The position numbers and the translations under genes are program-made. Positions 20,381 through 29,862 of a stretch of DNA of 64,000 bases are shown one piece after another. Origin of the DNA: Candidatus Sigynarchaeum calidifontis (lineage in GTDB: Archaea; Asgardarchaeota; Lokiarchaeia; Sigyniarchaeales; Sigyniarchaeaceae); contig JAUQYZ020000189.1 in NCBI GenBank assembly GCA_030587475.2, forward strand, positions 1 to 64,000, read 5' to 3'. Every line of letters begins with the position of its first letter. Position 1 is the first letter of the stretch. The notes below the pieces were generated by a model, which worked only from the letters and a program-made list of their open reading frames with translations, searched no databases and was not told the DNA's origin.

Positions 20381-20590
20381 TGAATCTGCACCAAGCGATC
20401 AGCTAATCCATCCGATATCCGCATAAGGTGGTGCGCTGCATACTTTAAGATTTTCGAGGCGCGTGCATAGGTGATTATGGTTGGAAAACGTGTGTTTTTT
20501 AACGAGGCAGAGAGATCAGAGAATAATACCGTGCGGGTTAATACGACGAATATTTCCCGCTCGAACGATGATTTAAGAGGAATGTTGATC

Positions 20591-21100
20591 ATGGATGAAA
20601 AAACGCTTGAGGACTTGAAAAGCGCGTTTGCAGGAGAATCACAAGCGAACCGGAAATATCTAGCCTTTTCAAAAAAGGCTGCAGATGAAGGATTTAAAGG
20701 GATCGCCTTGCTGTTCAAGGCAATAGCCGAAGCAGAGACCGTGCATGCTTTAAACCACTTGAGACTATTTGGGGTTGGAACGACTGTAGAAAATCTCAAG
20801 GCTGCCATTCAAGGCGAGAATTACGAAGTGACGACCATGTATCCCACTTTCAAGGCCGATGCGGAGAAAGCAAATGAAAAGGCAGCGATACAGAGCATCA
20901 ATGGTGCCCTGGAAGCAGAAAAACTTCATGAAAGGCTGTATATCGAGGCTCTACAGAAAGCCATGGACAACAAGGACTTGGACGTGAAAAAAGTCTCTGT
21001 CTGTAGCATATGTGGTTATACGGTCATCGGAGATGCGCCGGACAACTGCCCGGTTTGCAAAGCTAAGAAAGCCTTGTTTAAGATCATCGACAAGCTTTAA
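20591..21100 (+). CDS. rbr: Rubrerythrin
   Basis: AFAGESQA, AETVHA, GENYE..MYP and EKLH di-iron motifs; C-terminal CSICGY...CPVC. Confidence 0.95.
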   Translation: MDEKTLEDLKSAFAGESQANRKYLAFSKKAADEGFKGIALLFKAIAEAETVHALNHLRLFGVGTTVENLKAAIQGENYEVTTMYPTFKADAEKANEKAAIQSINGALEAEKLHERLYIEALQKAMDNKDLDVKKVSVCSICGYTVIGDAPDNCPVCKAKKALFKIIDKL

Positions 21101-21224
21101 CTCGTGCTTCATGTATTTATTCTTGGCTCATTTATCCCTTATTGGCGTCCTTGGCACTGCAGCTTCACTAATTCAGCGGTGTCCTTCCTTTAAATGTAAC
21201 CGGTGCAAGACGATATCGAGGCAC

Positions 21225-21932
21225 ATGGCAGCCACGGATGAACAGCCCGTACCAAGAAATCCAAAGGTTCTTATGGATTATCGAGAACCTGCCGAGATCA
21301 AGGCTTGGCTCGAACAAGAAGGTGTCGTGGTCGAGCAAGGCCGGTTAGAAGTCGGCGATTATTCTGTTTCCAAAGATGTCATCGTCGAGCGTAAATCGGG
21401 CAATGACTTAACATCATCCATTGTAGACAACCGTCTCTTCGAACAAGTGAACCGCCTTTACGAGAGCGCGTCGACCCCCATTTTAATCATCGAGAACTTT
21501 AACGGTATCTTTGACAACACGGATATGAATCCCGCCTCAATTTTCGGGGCACTCGTGTATCTCGCGTGGCGGTTTAGCCTGCCCGTCATTCCCGCACGAG
21601 ACTGGCGCGACACGGCGCTTATCCTCAAGAGACTGGCCATCCGGGTGCAAATCAAGGATGAAGATCCGATTCTTGCCCGTGGCGTTCCCAAGCTCATGAC
21701 GATCGACGAGAGAAAAGCTTTTCTGCTCGAGGGCTTGATCGGGGTCGGGCCAAAAACTGCCATGAAGCTGATCGACGAGTTCAAAAGCCCGATGCGCGTG
21801 TTCAAAGCGATCCAGGATTCGAATGTCTTGTACACGAAGACGGGAAATCCCAAGGGCATCGACGGTCCACTGGCTAACATCAAGGGTATCGGGCCGAAAT
21901 TCTTGCTAGAGAACAAAAAGCTTTTTGAATAA
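21225..21932 (+). CDS. xpf: Short XPF/ERCC4-type structure-specific endonuclease with HhH motifs
   Basis: MDYRE, GDY, VERKS..D, two HhH motifs (IGVGPK, IKGIGPK); start placed at MAATDE. Confidence 0.9.
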   Translation: MAATDEQPVPRNPKVLMDYREPAEIKAWLEQEGVVVEQGRLEVGDYSVSKDVIVERKSGNDLTSSIVDNRLFEQVNRLYESASTPILIIENFNGIFDNTDMNPASIFGALVYLAWRFSLPVIPARDWRDTALILKRLAIRVQIKDEDPILARGVPKLMTIDERKAFLLEGLIGVGPKTAMKLIDEFKSPMRVFKAIQDSNVLYTKTGNPKGIDGPLANIKGIGPKFLLENKKLFE

Positions 21933-21945
21933 GGTAATTTCCTTT

Positions 21946-22437
21946 TCAAGCGAATAGGGCGGGAAAAAATTCAACGAGCTGCGGGTATTCTTGTTGTAAT
22001 TTCTCGAGCCACAAGTCTTTCTCCATCATTTCCTTGTATGCGTTCTTGTCGTGCTTTTTCATCTGTTTGAAGATGCGATCAAGCGTGAGGCTGGCAGTCT
22101 TCGTCGATGGTACGTACAACCATGCTTTTCTCGGCATTTGAGCATTATCAAGCGAGTTCTCGGCATTATGGACGACATGTACTGGCACCTCGATCCGGTC
22201 GTAAAGTTCCGGATAGCCTTCATAGGTATCCGTCGCCGAGAGGAGCGTCCCATCAACATCTCGGATGAGCAACCCCCGGCACGTGGCGTCCGCTTTGGTT
22301 ATCACGAAGGGATACCAGAGGCCATAATCATCACCTGGGTGGAAGATCCGCTTGAAACCCTTGATTTCCGCGACGATCTTGTTTTCCCGGTAATGTTTCG
22401 GGATCAACGTTCCATATCCGAATATGAACGAGTCCAT
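21946..22437 (-). CDS. Gamma-glutamylcyclotransferase-like protein
   Basis: IFGYGTL, DTYEGYPELYDR and AWLYV motifs. Confidence 0.8.
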   Translation of the reverse strand: MDSFIFGYGTLIPKHYRENKIVAEIKGFKRIFHPGDDYGLWYPFVITKADATCRGLLIRDVDGTLLSATDTYEGYPELYDRIEVPVHVVHNAENSLDNAQMPRKAWLYVPSTKTASLTLDRIFKQMKKHDKNAYKEMMEKDLWLEKLQQEYPQLVEFFPALFA

Positions 22438-22565
22438 GTGTCCCGCCCAAGCTAGATGCCGAATGCTGCCTATTCCCTAGACACGTTCAGCCATAAAAAA
22501 GCATTGCGACGCCATCGACGTGCGCATACGAAAGGCGAAAAGAAAGGTATCAATCAGCGGTGATA

Positions 22566-23612
22566 CTAACGGGCGTGCGCCCGGAGACGGTATACGTCGA
22601 TGGCCAAGCCCAGCAAGGCGGAGATGATCGCAAATGCTTCCAGCGCGCCGACGATGCCCTTGAAAGCCTGCAATGCCGACTCGGCGCCGATGGCAGGGAT
22701 GACGTCCATGTATGGCCGGAAATCGTTGATATAAAGCACGATCAAAAGTGTGAGCACGACGCTGGCACCGAACGCAACGACCATCACTTTTCTTCGCGAG
22801 GCGAGCCCGAGCACGATGGCGACTCCCAAGAAAATCATGCCGTATCCTGCAGTATTCGATATTTGCTCCAGCCAGGCGTGATACGGTGCGTAATTCGTGA
22901 CGATGTCCACCGTGCCGTTGCTCAACGAGACGCTCGCGGAGATGAGCAAGATCACCCCCACGAGGGCGACGACGATGCCAAGAGCTGGAAATAACTTATT
23001 TGGCACGGCTTTCTCGCCAGTCTTCCCCGTCGTCTTGCTTGCATCTTCTACCTCTTCCGAAGATGTCAGGGAGGTCGATTCCTTCTCGCCCTCCTTCGTC
23101 CTGGCGGGCAATTCATCGAATTCCTTTAATTTCTCGATCATTTTCCTGACTTCCTCGCGCGTCTCGAATTGGGGTAGTTCCTCGATTAATTCTTTCGTGT
23201 TCTTGCCTTCTTTATATAATTTCTTGAATTTCTTGATGACAGCGTTGGAGTAGTAGATGTACTCACCTTTGACGAGGATTGCGATACCAGATGCCTCCGG
23301 GTTCCTGGAAATGTCGTGAAGGAATGCATGGACATCTTGGATATAGGCGCCCGAGAGACGAGCGAGGTCCCTTTCGTTTATCTTTTCAATACCTAGCAAA
23401 TTCCTAGAAATCGATGCTTTCTTTCTCTTTTTTATGAAGAAAATGAATACGATTATTACAAAGAAGAGCATGACCACTACGATGCCCCATTGAAAAGTAA
23501 CCGATCCGATGCCCTCTTGAAAGCCATTGACTAAAAGGAAAATTGCTACAATCCAATACAAAACCCACCAGTTCTGGCTCAAAGACTTGAGGAATCGTGC
23601 TCCAAAACTCAT
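22566..23612 (-). CDS. Hypothetical membrane protein (2 TM, soluble helical domain, 4 TM)
   Basis: Hydropathy pattern; the central domain has an HTH-like INERDLARLSG segment. Confidence 0.7.
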   Translation of the reverse strand: MSFGARFLKSLSQNWWVLYWIVAIFLLVNGFQEGIGSVTFQWGIVVVMLFFVIIVFIFFIKKRKKASISRNLLGIEKINERDLARLSGAYIQDVHAFLHDISRNPEASGIAILVKGEYIYYSNAVIKKFKKLYKEGKNTKELIEELPQFETREEVRKMIEKLKEFDELPARTKEGEKESTSLTSSEEVEDASKTTGKTGEKAVPNKLFPALGIVVALVGVILLISASVSLSNGTVDIVTNYAPYHAWLEQISNTAGYGMIFLGVAIVLGLASRRKVMVVAFGASVVLTLLIVLYINDFRPYMDVIPAIGAESALQAFKGIVGALEAFAIISALLGLAIDVYRLRAHAR

Positions 23613-23686
23613 GGATAGATCGAAGGCCCTCCCGTATATGAATCATTCATGTCCATGAATAAGGGCAGTAATGAAAGAGTGACCGC

Positions 23687-25927
23687 TCAATCGATTACCG
23701 GGGGGCGCTTGATGCGTTGTCTCCTGGTGATGAAAAACCACAGCAAGATCAAGACGAAGGCAGCCGGCGTGCCGATGGCGAGCACCCATACCATGACCTC
23801 CTCGACGAGCCGAGACGTTATAGAGACAGTAAAGAACTGGTTTTGTGTGGGGGTCGCGATGACGTAGTTTCCTGAGGCATCAAAGGCAACGACATAGAAC
23901 CGGATCGTTTCTCCAGGTGGCAGTGCTCCCGGATACTTGAACTTGAACGACGTGCCGTTCCCGTCCACGCGCGTCCTTGCCATGGCGTGAATGGCTGCCG
24001 TGTTTCCCGTTTCGTCGACGACGACGATGAAGGCATAGCGAAGGCCGGAACCGGCGTCGATTCCCGATGCATTGATCACCAAGGATCCCCGGTAATCGAC
24101 GGCTTCTGACGGAACGTCAACATGCAAGGATGCAGGGGGCTGCGTGTCCTCTATCAAGAGGATACTGTCCCGAGCTACTTTCATGTTGTGTCCGGATAGC
24201 GTGATGTTCACGTATTTCCCGACCAACGCCGGGTCGTGCGGGATCCGCACTGAAGCGATGCCTTGTGCGTTGGCGCGGGCCACGATGTAATAACCGGACC
24301 CGTTCACGAGCACCCTCGCGTTCGGGACGGGCATACCTGCATTGTCCACGATTCCCACCACGAGCGTGTCGCCGATGCTCGCGTTCTGGCCGAAGATATC
24401 AGTGGCAAATTCCCTTGGCGTGTTCGTGTATATCGAGATTTCTGGATCTCCGAGGAGGTTGTAGGTCAGCAGGTTCTTGCGGAACTTTTCCTCTTGTCCT
24501 ATATAGCTGGGATCCTTCGCGAGTTCGGGGTCGTGGTTCAATTGCACGTTCCAATACTTGTTTATGAACTGCTTGATGTAACTTTCTTGAGACAAGTACA
24601 AGGCACGGCCGGGTTGATATTCCCGGTTCACCATGAACTCGCGCCAGAAGAAACGGTTCTGCCCCTCGTTCAATGCCTCGAAGAGCGGGTCGACCGTGAA
24701 ATAATAGGTCGTGCGGAGGGCACTCACGACCGCGATGGCCCCGCCGTTGGCATTGAGCACCAATTCCTCAGACAAGCAGTTGGTCGTGGCTAAAGGCGCG
24801 ATTTCCTTGTAATCAAACGCCCCGGACGAGCAAGAAAATATGTAGGCGAGAGGTAATTTGCCGCCGTTGGTCAGGTTTTTTGCTTCCCACTCCGTGAGGT
24901 ACGTCGTGTACGACGGGGCATAACCCCCGAATGTTCCCGGATTACCATGGCCCGCCAAGTTGATAATCGACGAGCCTTGGTTCCACGCGTTTCTCAAAGT
25001 GATCATAGTTAGGGTGGTATACGGCGACGGCGGGGTGTAACTCGTGGAGACTTGATAGATGCGCTTGTTGGCCATGCCCGCGAAATAGGAGTCTATCATG
25101 AACTCGCTCAGCTCGGCCTCGTCGACCGACGGGGTGCCTTCGACGGGATTCTCGTATTGGGACACGGCACCCGCGAAGACCGCCGTGTTTAGCCACGTGC
25201 CTGAAGGCGGGTTCGTTTCGTAATCAATAATTTTTTGCACCATGATTTGTGCTTCGGATATGTTATTTGCCGGTATGCGACCAACAAACACCTCCGCGGT
25301 CCAATCTACCTCGTCGCCCGAGGTTCCAACGACACCCATCTCGCCAAATTTACCGTCATTGTCCGCATCCCAAGTACCTTCAAGGCAAGCGTAATAATGA
25401 TCTGTCGGCTTGTAGAGGCTCCGGTAATTCACTGGCGTAGAAGGGAAGCTGGATTCTTCTGTATCCGGGTTATAGACATACCGGATAGGGATGATATTAA
25501 CGTCCCCGCCTAAAATCACGAACTCCGTGTTGTTGTGGTCGTGGTAATGCTTGATGGCGTTGCGGATCCACGCGGCGTGATCCGGCCCCGAAGAAATAAA
25601 CCTTGTATCAATGTAGATCGATTGAACTGTGATGATGATCGTGTAGACCCCGCGGCTCGTCTTGAGATTCGCGAGCGGCTCGAACGTCGCGACGAAAGCC
25701 TGGTCTGTGATGATGAGACATTCGACGTCAGGATCCCGCCATGTCGTGTCGTTCGGAAAAAGCATGGCCGCCGTGATGGGATGGAACCCCGTGTTCACGC
25801 GGTTGTAATCCGTAACGTGAATGATTGGCACGATCGCGGCATTGCTTGCCGTAATACAAGTGTTGAAAGCCATGCAACAAAGAAGGAGGATTATGCCAGC
25901 ACGGCCGAGCCTTCTTTCACGATGCAC
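23687..25927 (-). CDS. Peptidase C25 (gingipain-like), secreted and membrane-anchored
   Basis: FVILGGD, TDHYY, VGRIP, catalytic His (AGHG) and Cys (FSC), YNLLGDP; signal peptide and C-terminal TM; start placed at GTG 25927. Confidence 0.9.
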   Translation of the reverse strand: MHRERRLGRAGIILLLCCMAFNTCITASNAAIVPIIHVTDYNRVNTGFHPITAAMLFPNDTTWRDPDVECLIITDQAFVATFEPLANLKTSRGVYTIIITVQSIYIDTRFISSGPDHAAWIRNAIKHYHDHNNTEFVILGGDVNIIPIRYVYNPDTEESSFPSTPVNYRSLYKPTDHYYACLEGTWDADNDGKFGEMGVVGTSGDEVDWTAEVFVGRIPANNISEAQIMVQKIIDYETNPPSGTWLNTAVFAGAVSQYENPVEGTPSVDEAELSEFMIDSYFAGMANKRIYQVSTSYTPPSPYTTLTMITLRNAWNQGSSIINLAGHGNPGTFGGYAPSYTTYLTEWEAKNLTNGGKLPLAYIFSCSSGAFDYKEIAPLATTNCLSEELVLNANGGAIAVVSALRTTYYFTVDPLFEALNEGQNRFFWREFMVNREYQPGRALYLSQESYIKQFINKYWNVQLNHDPELAKDPSYIGQEEKFRKNLLTYNLLGDPEISIYTNTPREFATDIFGQNASIGDTLVVGIVDNAGMPVPNARVLVNGSGYYIVARANAQGIASVRIPHDPALVGKYVNITLSGHNMKVARDSILLIEDTQPPASLHVDVPSEAVDYRGSLVINASGIDAGSGLRYAFIVVVDETGNTAAIHAMARTRVDGNGTSFKFKYPGALPPGETIRFYVVAFDASGNYVIATPTQNQFFTVSITSRLVEEVMVWVLAIGTPAAFVLILLWFFITRRQRIKRPPVID

Positions 25928-26055
25928 GTCGATGACCTCGTAGATTACAAGAGATAAGGAGGGCCGACGGTATATATTATTAATGCGCAAATACCAAAAG
26001 ACGAACCTCCGAACCCCCGAGGGCAGTTCCCTTGCGGGTCGTGGCCGTGTCTCGA

Positions 26056-29000
26056 TCAATCGTGCTTGGTCAGTATCAACTGGATGAGCTTGTCGTCCCC
26101 GTTCTTGATCGATTCGGCGATGAAGTCCCGCGCCTTGATCTCTCCTTTCGATACCTTTTCAAAGGCAGCCTTGTATTTTTCCTTGGCATCGGCCGTAAAC
26201 GCAGCCAAAAATTCCTCCATGCCATCTTTTTTCAGCTGCTTTATTCGCTTGGAAACGAGATCCAGGGATTGGCTGTCGTCCAGCAAGCTTTGAAGGGTTA
26301 CCGTTCGTAAACGCAAAGGCCTGTCCAGCTTCGCCAGGTTAGCATCCAGGTAGAAGAGCTGGTTGCAGAACTTGCACGTGCCATAGCCATCCGGCACGAG
26401 TTTTTCCTTGTCGAGCGGCGCGTTGCACTCGACGTTCGGGCATTCGAACACCTCGATGAGTTCCTGGAACATATTCAGCAGGTTGTGGAAGATGAGCGTG
26501 TCCTGGATGTAAAATTCCAGCTTGACGTTAGACTCGCGCTCGTTGACATCGCCAGAAATGATGATCTGGATGAGTGTCGAGAATTTTTTGATGCGAGGCC
26601 ACCTGCTCTCGCCGTACAAGCGAAGCACGCCGAAAAATTGGTTGGCGATCTCGTTATAATCCCTTTGCACGACCGTGAAGGGCAATCTCTTCAATATACC
26701 AACGATCTTCTTCCATGCTAGGTAAACGTTAAAGGGAAGCACGAGCTCGTGGATCTTCTTCTCCATCTTCTGTCGGGTTTTTTCGAACTTGTCGACGTTG
26801 ATGGTCTTCGGCTCGAAAAACTTGAAGCCAGCGCTCGTGTTCGGCGGTTCCAGGTCGATGATGATCGTAGACTCGCTCACCGGGTCAAAGAAGCTGATAT
26901 CCGATTCGATTGCCTTGACCGGAACGATGTCCCGCTTGGCGATGAAGTTGAACTCGCAAATGAAGGTACCGTTTGGCTTGAGCACCTGGATCTTTTGCAC
27001 GTTGTCGTGCATGAGTTCCAGGTACTCGCCCGCGTATTTCTTGATCCGGCAGAGCAGCTCGGTGACCTGGACACGCGCGTGGTTCGTGATCTCGATCGAA
27101 TAGATCAACTCGCGCTTTTTTTGCCAGAGTATCGACTGCTTGTACACGATGTCCGATTTGGAAACCTTGTAATGATCTTTCTGGATGGCTTCGGTCTGAA
27201 GCTGCTGGAGGCTTGGCTGGGTCGTTTCAGTGAACGTCTGCAAGTACGTGCGCAGCCGTGCTATCTGTTCTGTCACGAAGGCATGCTCGTAGCGGTCGGT
27301 CGTGCCGTTCATCATGAAAAGTGCCTCTTCATACAACTTGATCGCGTTTTCGAGGCCTTTCTGCGTGTGCGAATCGACTTCTTCCTTCGCTTTCGCCATG
27401 ATCAAGTTATACTTCTGGCGTTTTGCCTCCTCCTCGGCCTCGAACAGCGTCATGTACACGTTCATCGCTTCCGTGGCGATATCGTGCAGGGCGACGGTCT
27501 TGTTCGTGACCTTGACAAGATACAAGTTGGCGTCTTGGATGGCATCCTCTAGCAAGATGAGGGTACCGTCAACATCGTATTGGCGGGTGATGATCGTGCG
27601 GGCAAGTTGGATCCGCGCGTCGATGCGTGCAGTCGGCTTCGTTACGTTGATGAGTTCATCGAGACACGCAGAGATCACGTCTTGTGCCTTGGGAATGCTG
27701 TTCAGCTCGTAGAATGCTTGACCGATGGAGGTGGAGACGAAAATCCTGTCATCCAATGCATCGATCCGCTTGGATACATCTATGCAATGGTCGAGCAACT
27801 CGATATTTTTTGTAGAAACTGCATATTCAACCATTGATAGAAGGATGGATTTGAGCACGTCATTTTTTATGTCTGGAAGGCCATAATTGAACGTCAACCC
27901 TATGGCCTTCTCGAGATACTCGACGCGGGCTGGCCGGGCGAGCTTGAAAAAGCTCACGACGCCTCCGAGCACTTGCGCGATCCATTCTTGCAAGTTCTTG
28001 CGAAACTGGCTCGAATGAAGCAGTTCATTGAGTAAAGATTCGATCCCCGTGAAGAATGCGGTTGAATCCACGAGAATTCCTTCGAGTTGAAGTCGCATGA
28101 TGCGAAACGAGACGTAATGCGATGGGCCGAGCTTTGCCTTGTCCGTCGCGTCCAACACCGCGAGGAGTTGCTTGATGCGATCAGGTTCGAGTTCTATCTT
28201 GTCCTTGTATGTCTTGGTCAAGAAGCCGAAGATGCTGTCGATCTTGATACGCATCTTTTCCATGGCGAGGATCTTCTCGATCATCCAAACCGTGTTTTGT
28301 TTAAGCCAATCGACTTTTTCGTTGGCGAAAATGTGCTTGAATATATCCCCATACACGAGATCCGTGTCATCCACGTGTTCGTATTTCTTCACTAGATCGA
28401 TGGCTTTCGTTAAATATTGTGTTTTATCTTGATGCGTCGTTTCTGCGATCGAAATGAACATGTTTACGACTGCCCGCAAGATCTCGCCCTTCAACGAGCG
28501 CTCGATGCCGTTATCGAGATGATTGAGCACGGTGGCGAGGATCTCGTTGGCTCGTTTTTCATCGTTCTTTATCATGAAGTGCTTGTACACGAGCATGTAA
28601 CTATCTATTTTCACGACGAGCGGGCTTGTCGAGATCTCGATGGATTTCAAGATTCGCTTGAGCAATTCCTCATAATTTTCCATTTCCTTAAGTCCTTGCA
28701 TTATCGCCGTGATTTCAATCAAGACCTCGACCCGGAGGGTTAGATCCTTGATCCGGCGGGCCTCTTCCTCAATCTTCCAGACCAAATTGAGTGCTTGTAT
28801 CTTCATGCCCATGCTGCGATACGTAACATCTGCGATGCGGGCTTGCTCCCTCAGACCATTGAACTCGAAAACAAGCTTGCTAACCTTGTTCGAGTGTTCC
28901 AGTGCACGATTCAATATTTCCGGATTTCGTGTTTTTTCGGCGATTTTCGTGTAAATACGCGTGATGTTGCATAACACGTCCGTTCTCGAGCTAAGATCTT

Positions 29001-29085
29001 CGATTTTCATACCTATATTCGATATGTTTTCGAAAATTCCGAAGATGCGGTCTTGATCGGACACGGACGCCATGGCAAGATTCAT
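26056..29085 (-). CDS. Alpha-solenoid protein with an adaptin-appendage-like C-terminal region and a Zn ribbon
   Basis: About 620 aa of amphipathic helical repeats; beta-rich segment, KFFEPKTINVDKFEK linker motif, platform-like alpha/beta region; CPNVEC...CKFC. Confidence 0.6.
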   Translation of the reverse strand: MNLAMASVSDQDRIFGIFENISNIGMKIEDLSSRTDVLCNITRIYTKIAEKTRNPEILNRALEHSNKVSKLVFEFNGLREQARIADVTYRSMGMKIQALNLVWKIEEEARRIKDLTLRVEVLIEITAIMQGLKEMENYEELLKRILKSIEISTSPLVVKIDSYMLVYKHFMIKNDEKRANEILATVLNHLDNGIERSLKGEILRAVVNMFISIAETTHQDKTQYLTKAIDLVKKYEHVDDTDLVYGDIFKHIFANEKVDWLKQNTVWMIEKILAMEKMRIKIDSIFGFLTKTYKDKIELEPDRIKQLLAVLDATDKAKLGPSHYVSFRIMRLQLEGILVDSTAFFTGIESLLNELLHSSQFRKNLQEWIAQVLGGVVSFFKLARPARVEYLEKAIGLTFNYGLPDIKNDVLKSILLSMVEYAVSTKNIELLDHCIDVSKRIDALDDRIFVSTSIGQAFYELNSIPKAQDVISACLDELINVTKPTARIDARIQLARTIITRQYDVDGTLILLEDAIQDANLYLVKVTNKTVALHDIATEAMNVYMTLFEAEEEAKRQKYNLIMAKAKEEVDSHTQKGLENAIKLYEEALFMMNGTTDRYEHAFVTEQIARLRTYLQTFTETTQPSLQQLQTEAIQKDHYKVSKSDIVYKQSILWQKKRELIYSIEITNHARVQVTELLCRIKKYAGEYLELMHDNVQKIQVLKPNGTFICEFNFIAKRDIVPVKAIESDISFFDPVSESTIIIDLEPPNTSAGFKFFEPKTINVDKFEKTRQKMEKKIHELVLPFNVYLAWKKIVGILKRLPFTVVQRDYNEIANQFFGVLRLYGESRWPRIKKFSTLIQIIISGDVNERESNVKLEFYIQDTLIFHNLLNMFQELIEVFECPNVECNAPLDKEKLVPDGYGTCKFCNQLFYLDANLAKLDRPLRLRTVTLQSLLDDSQSLDLVSKRIKQLKKDGMEEFLAAFTADAKEKYKAAFEKVSKGEIKARDFIAESIKNGDDKLIQLILTKHD

Positions 29086-29569
29086 GTCTTTGCTTTTTTT
29101 TGTAAAAATGCCTGCATCGATTACGGATATTTGGTTAAGGATCTAACTAGATAAAGGCTAATCGAGCCATATAAACTTTTTTTGGTTGATAATTTCTTCG
29201 TATTCCTTTCAGTTGATTAATTTTCATGAGTTTATGTCAATATTGACTTGAATTCTTTAGATCATCGAGTTTTCATGTAGAATATCAAATTATTTTTTTT
29301 TGTCAATTTCGGAATTCTGTTGGTAATATTGCTTGATCCAATTATCGAATCATTCTTGATGATCGCAAGGTTGGTTAAATCCCGGCGTACCACGGGTGTA
29401 ATACCCAACGCAATTGCTCATCTTGTCATTTTTCCTTGCGGCATAAAGTGACAAAATTAAGAATGAACCAACACGCGAAAACGCAAGATGAATAATCGTT
29501 TCATCTACATTTAAGAGTCGATTTCCCCCGCGCGGAACCAGAACAAATCGGTATTCCTTCCGCATCAAC

Positions 29570-29616
29570 TTTTTTTTTCAATAATCCATCAAGTTGATGG
29601 ATTTCTTGAAAAAAAA
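29570..29616. terminator. T-tract and inverted repeat immediately 3' of tRNA-Thr
   Basis: TTTTTTTTCAA-T-AATCCATCAA-G-TTGATGGATT-TC-TTGAAAAAAAA; oligo-T on both strands. Confidence 0.6.
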
Positions 29617-29713
29617 TGGAGGCGACAGGGGGAATTGAACCCCCGACCATTTGATTTCTCGGCGCGTGTTTCGCCTACAAGTCAAACGCTCCACCGGGCT
29701 AAGCTATGTCGCC
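29617..29713 (-). tRNA. tRNA-Thr(TGT) with a 20-nt intron at 37/38 (29656-29675) and encoded CCA
   Basis: Acceptor GGCGACA/TGTCGCC; anticodon stem TTTGA/TCAAA with loop CT-TGT-A^A; T arm GGGGG-TTCAATT-CCCC; discriminator U then CCA; BHB with CTTG:CGAG helix. Confidence 0.95.
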
Positions 29714-29862
29714 GAATGCTCGTGGTGAACAGTCAATGCCGATTTTTGAGTTTTGCTTTAACAAATACCGTGCACCTTAATACAAAATCTGAAAAACAGA
29801 ACCCTCGTTCATGCATGTAACCCTCGCGCCATGCGGATCGAGGCGCTTCTGGGGGTGTGCTC

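Noticed and set aside
29350-29568. 72-aa ORF in the AT-rich region
   Set aside because: Atypical composition, non-ATG start and no recognisable motifs
29570-29860. tRNA as an integration site for a mobile element carrying polB
   Set aside because: No integrase and no duplicated tRNA 3' end seen; polB is the chromosomal B1 type and lies on the 5' side of the tRNA
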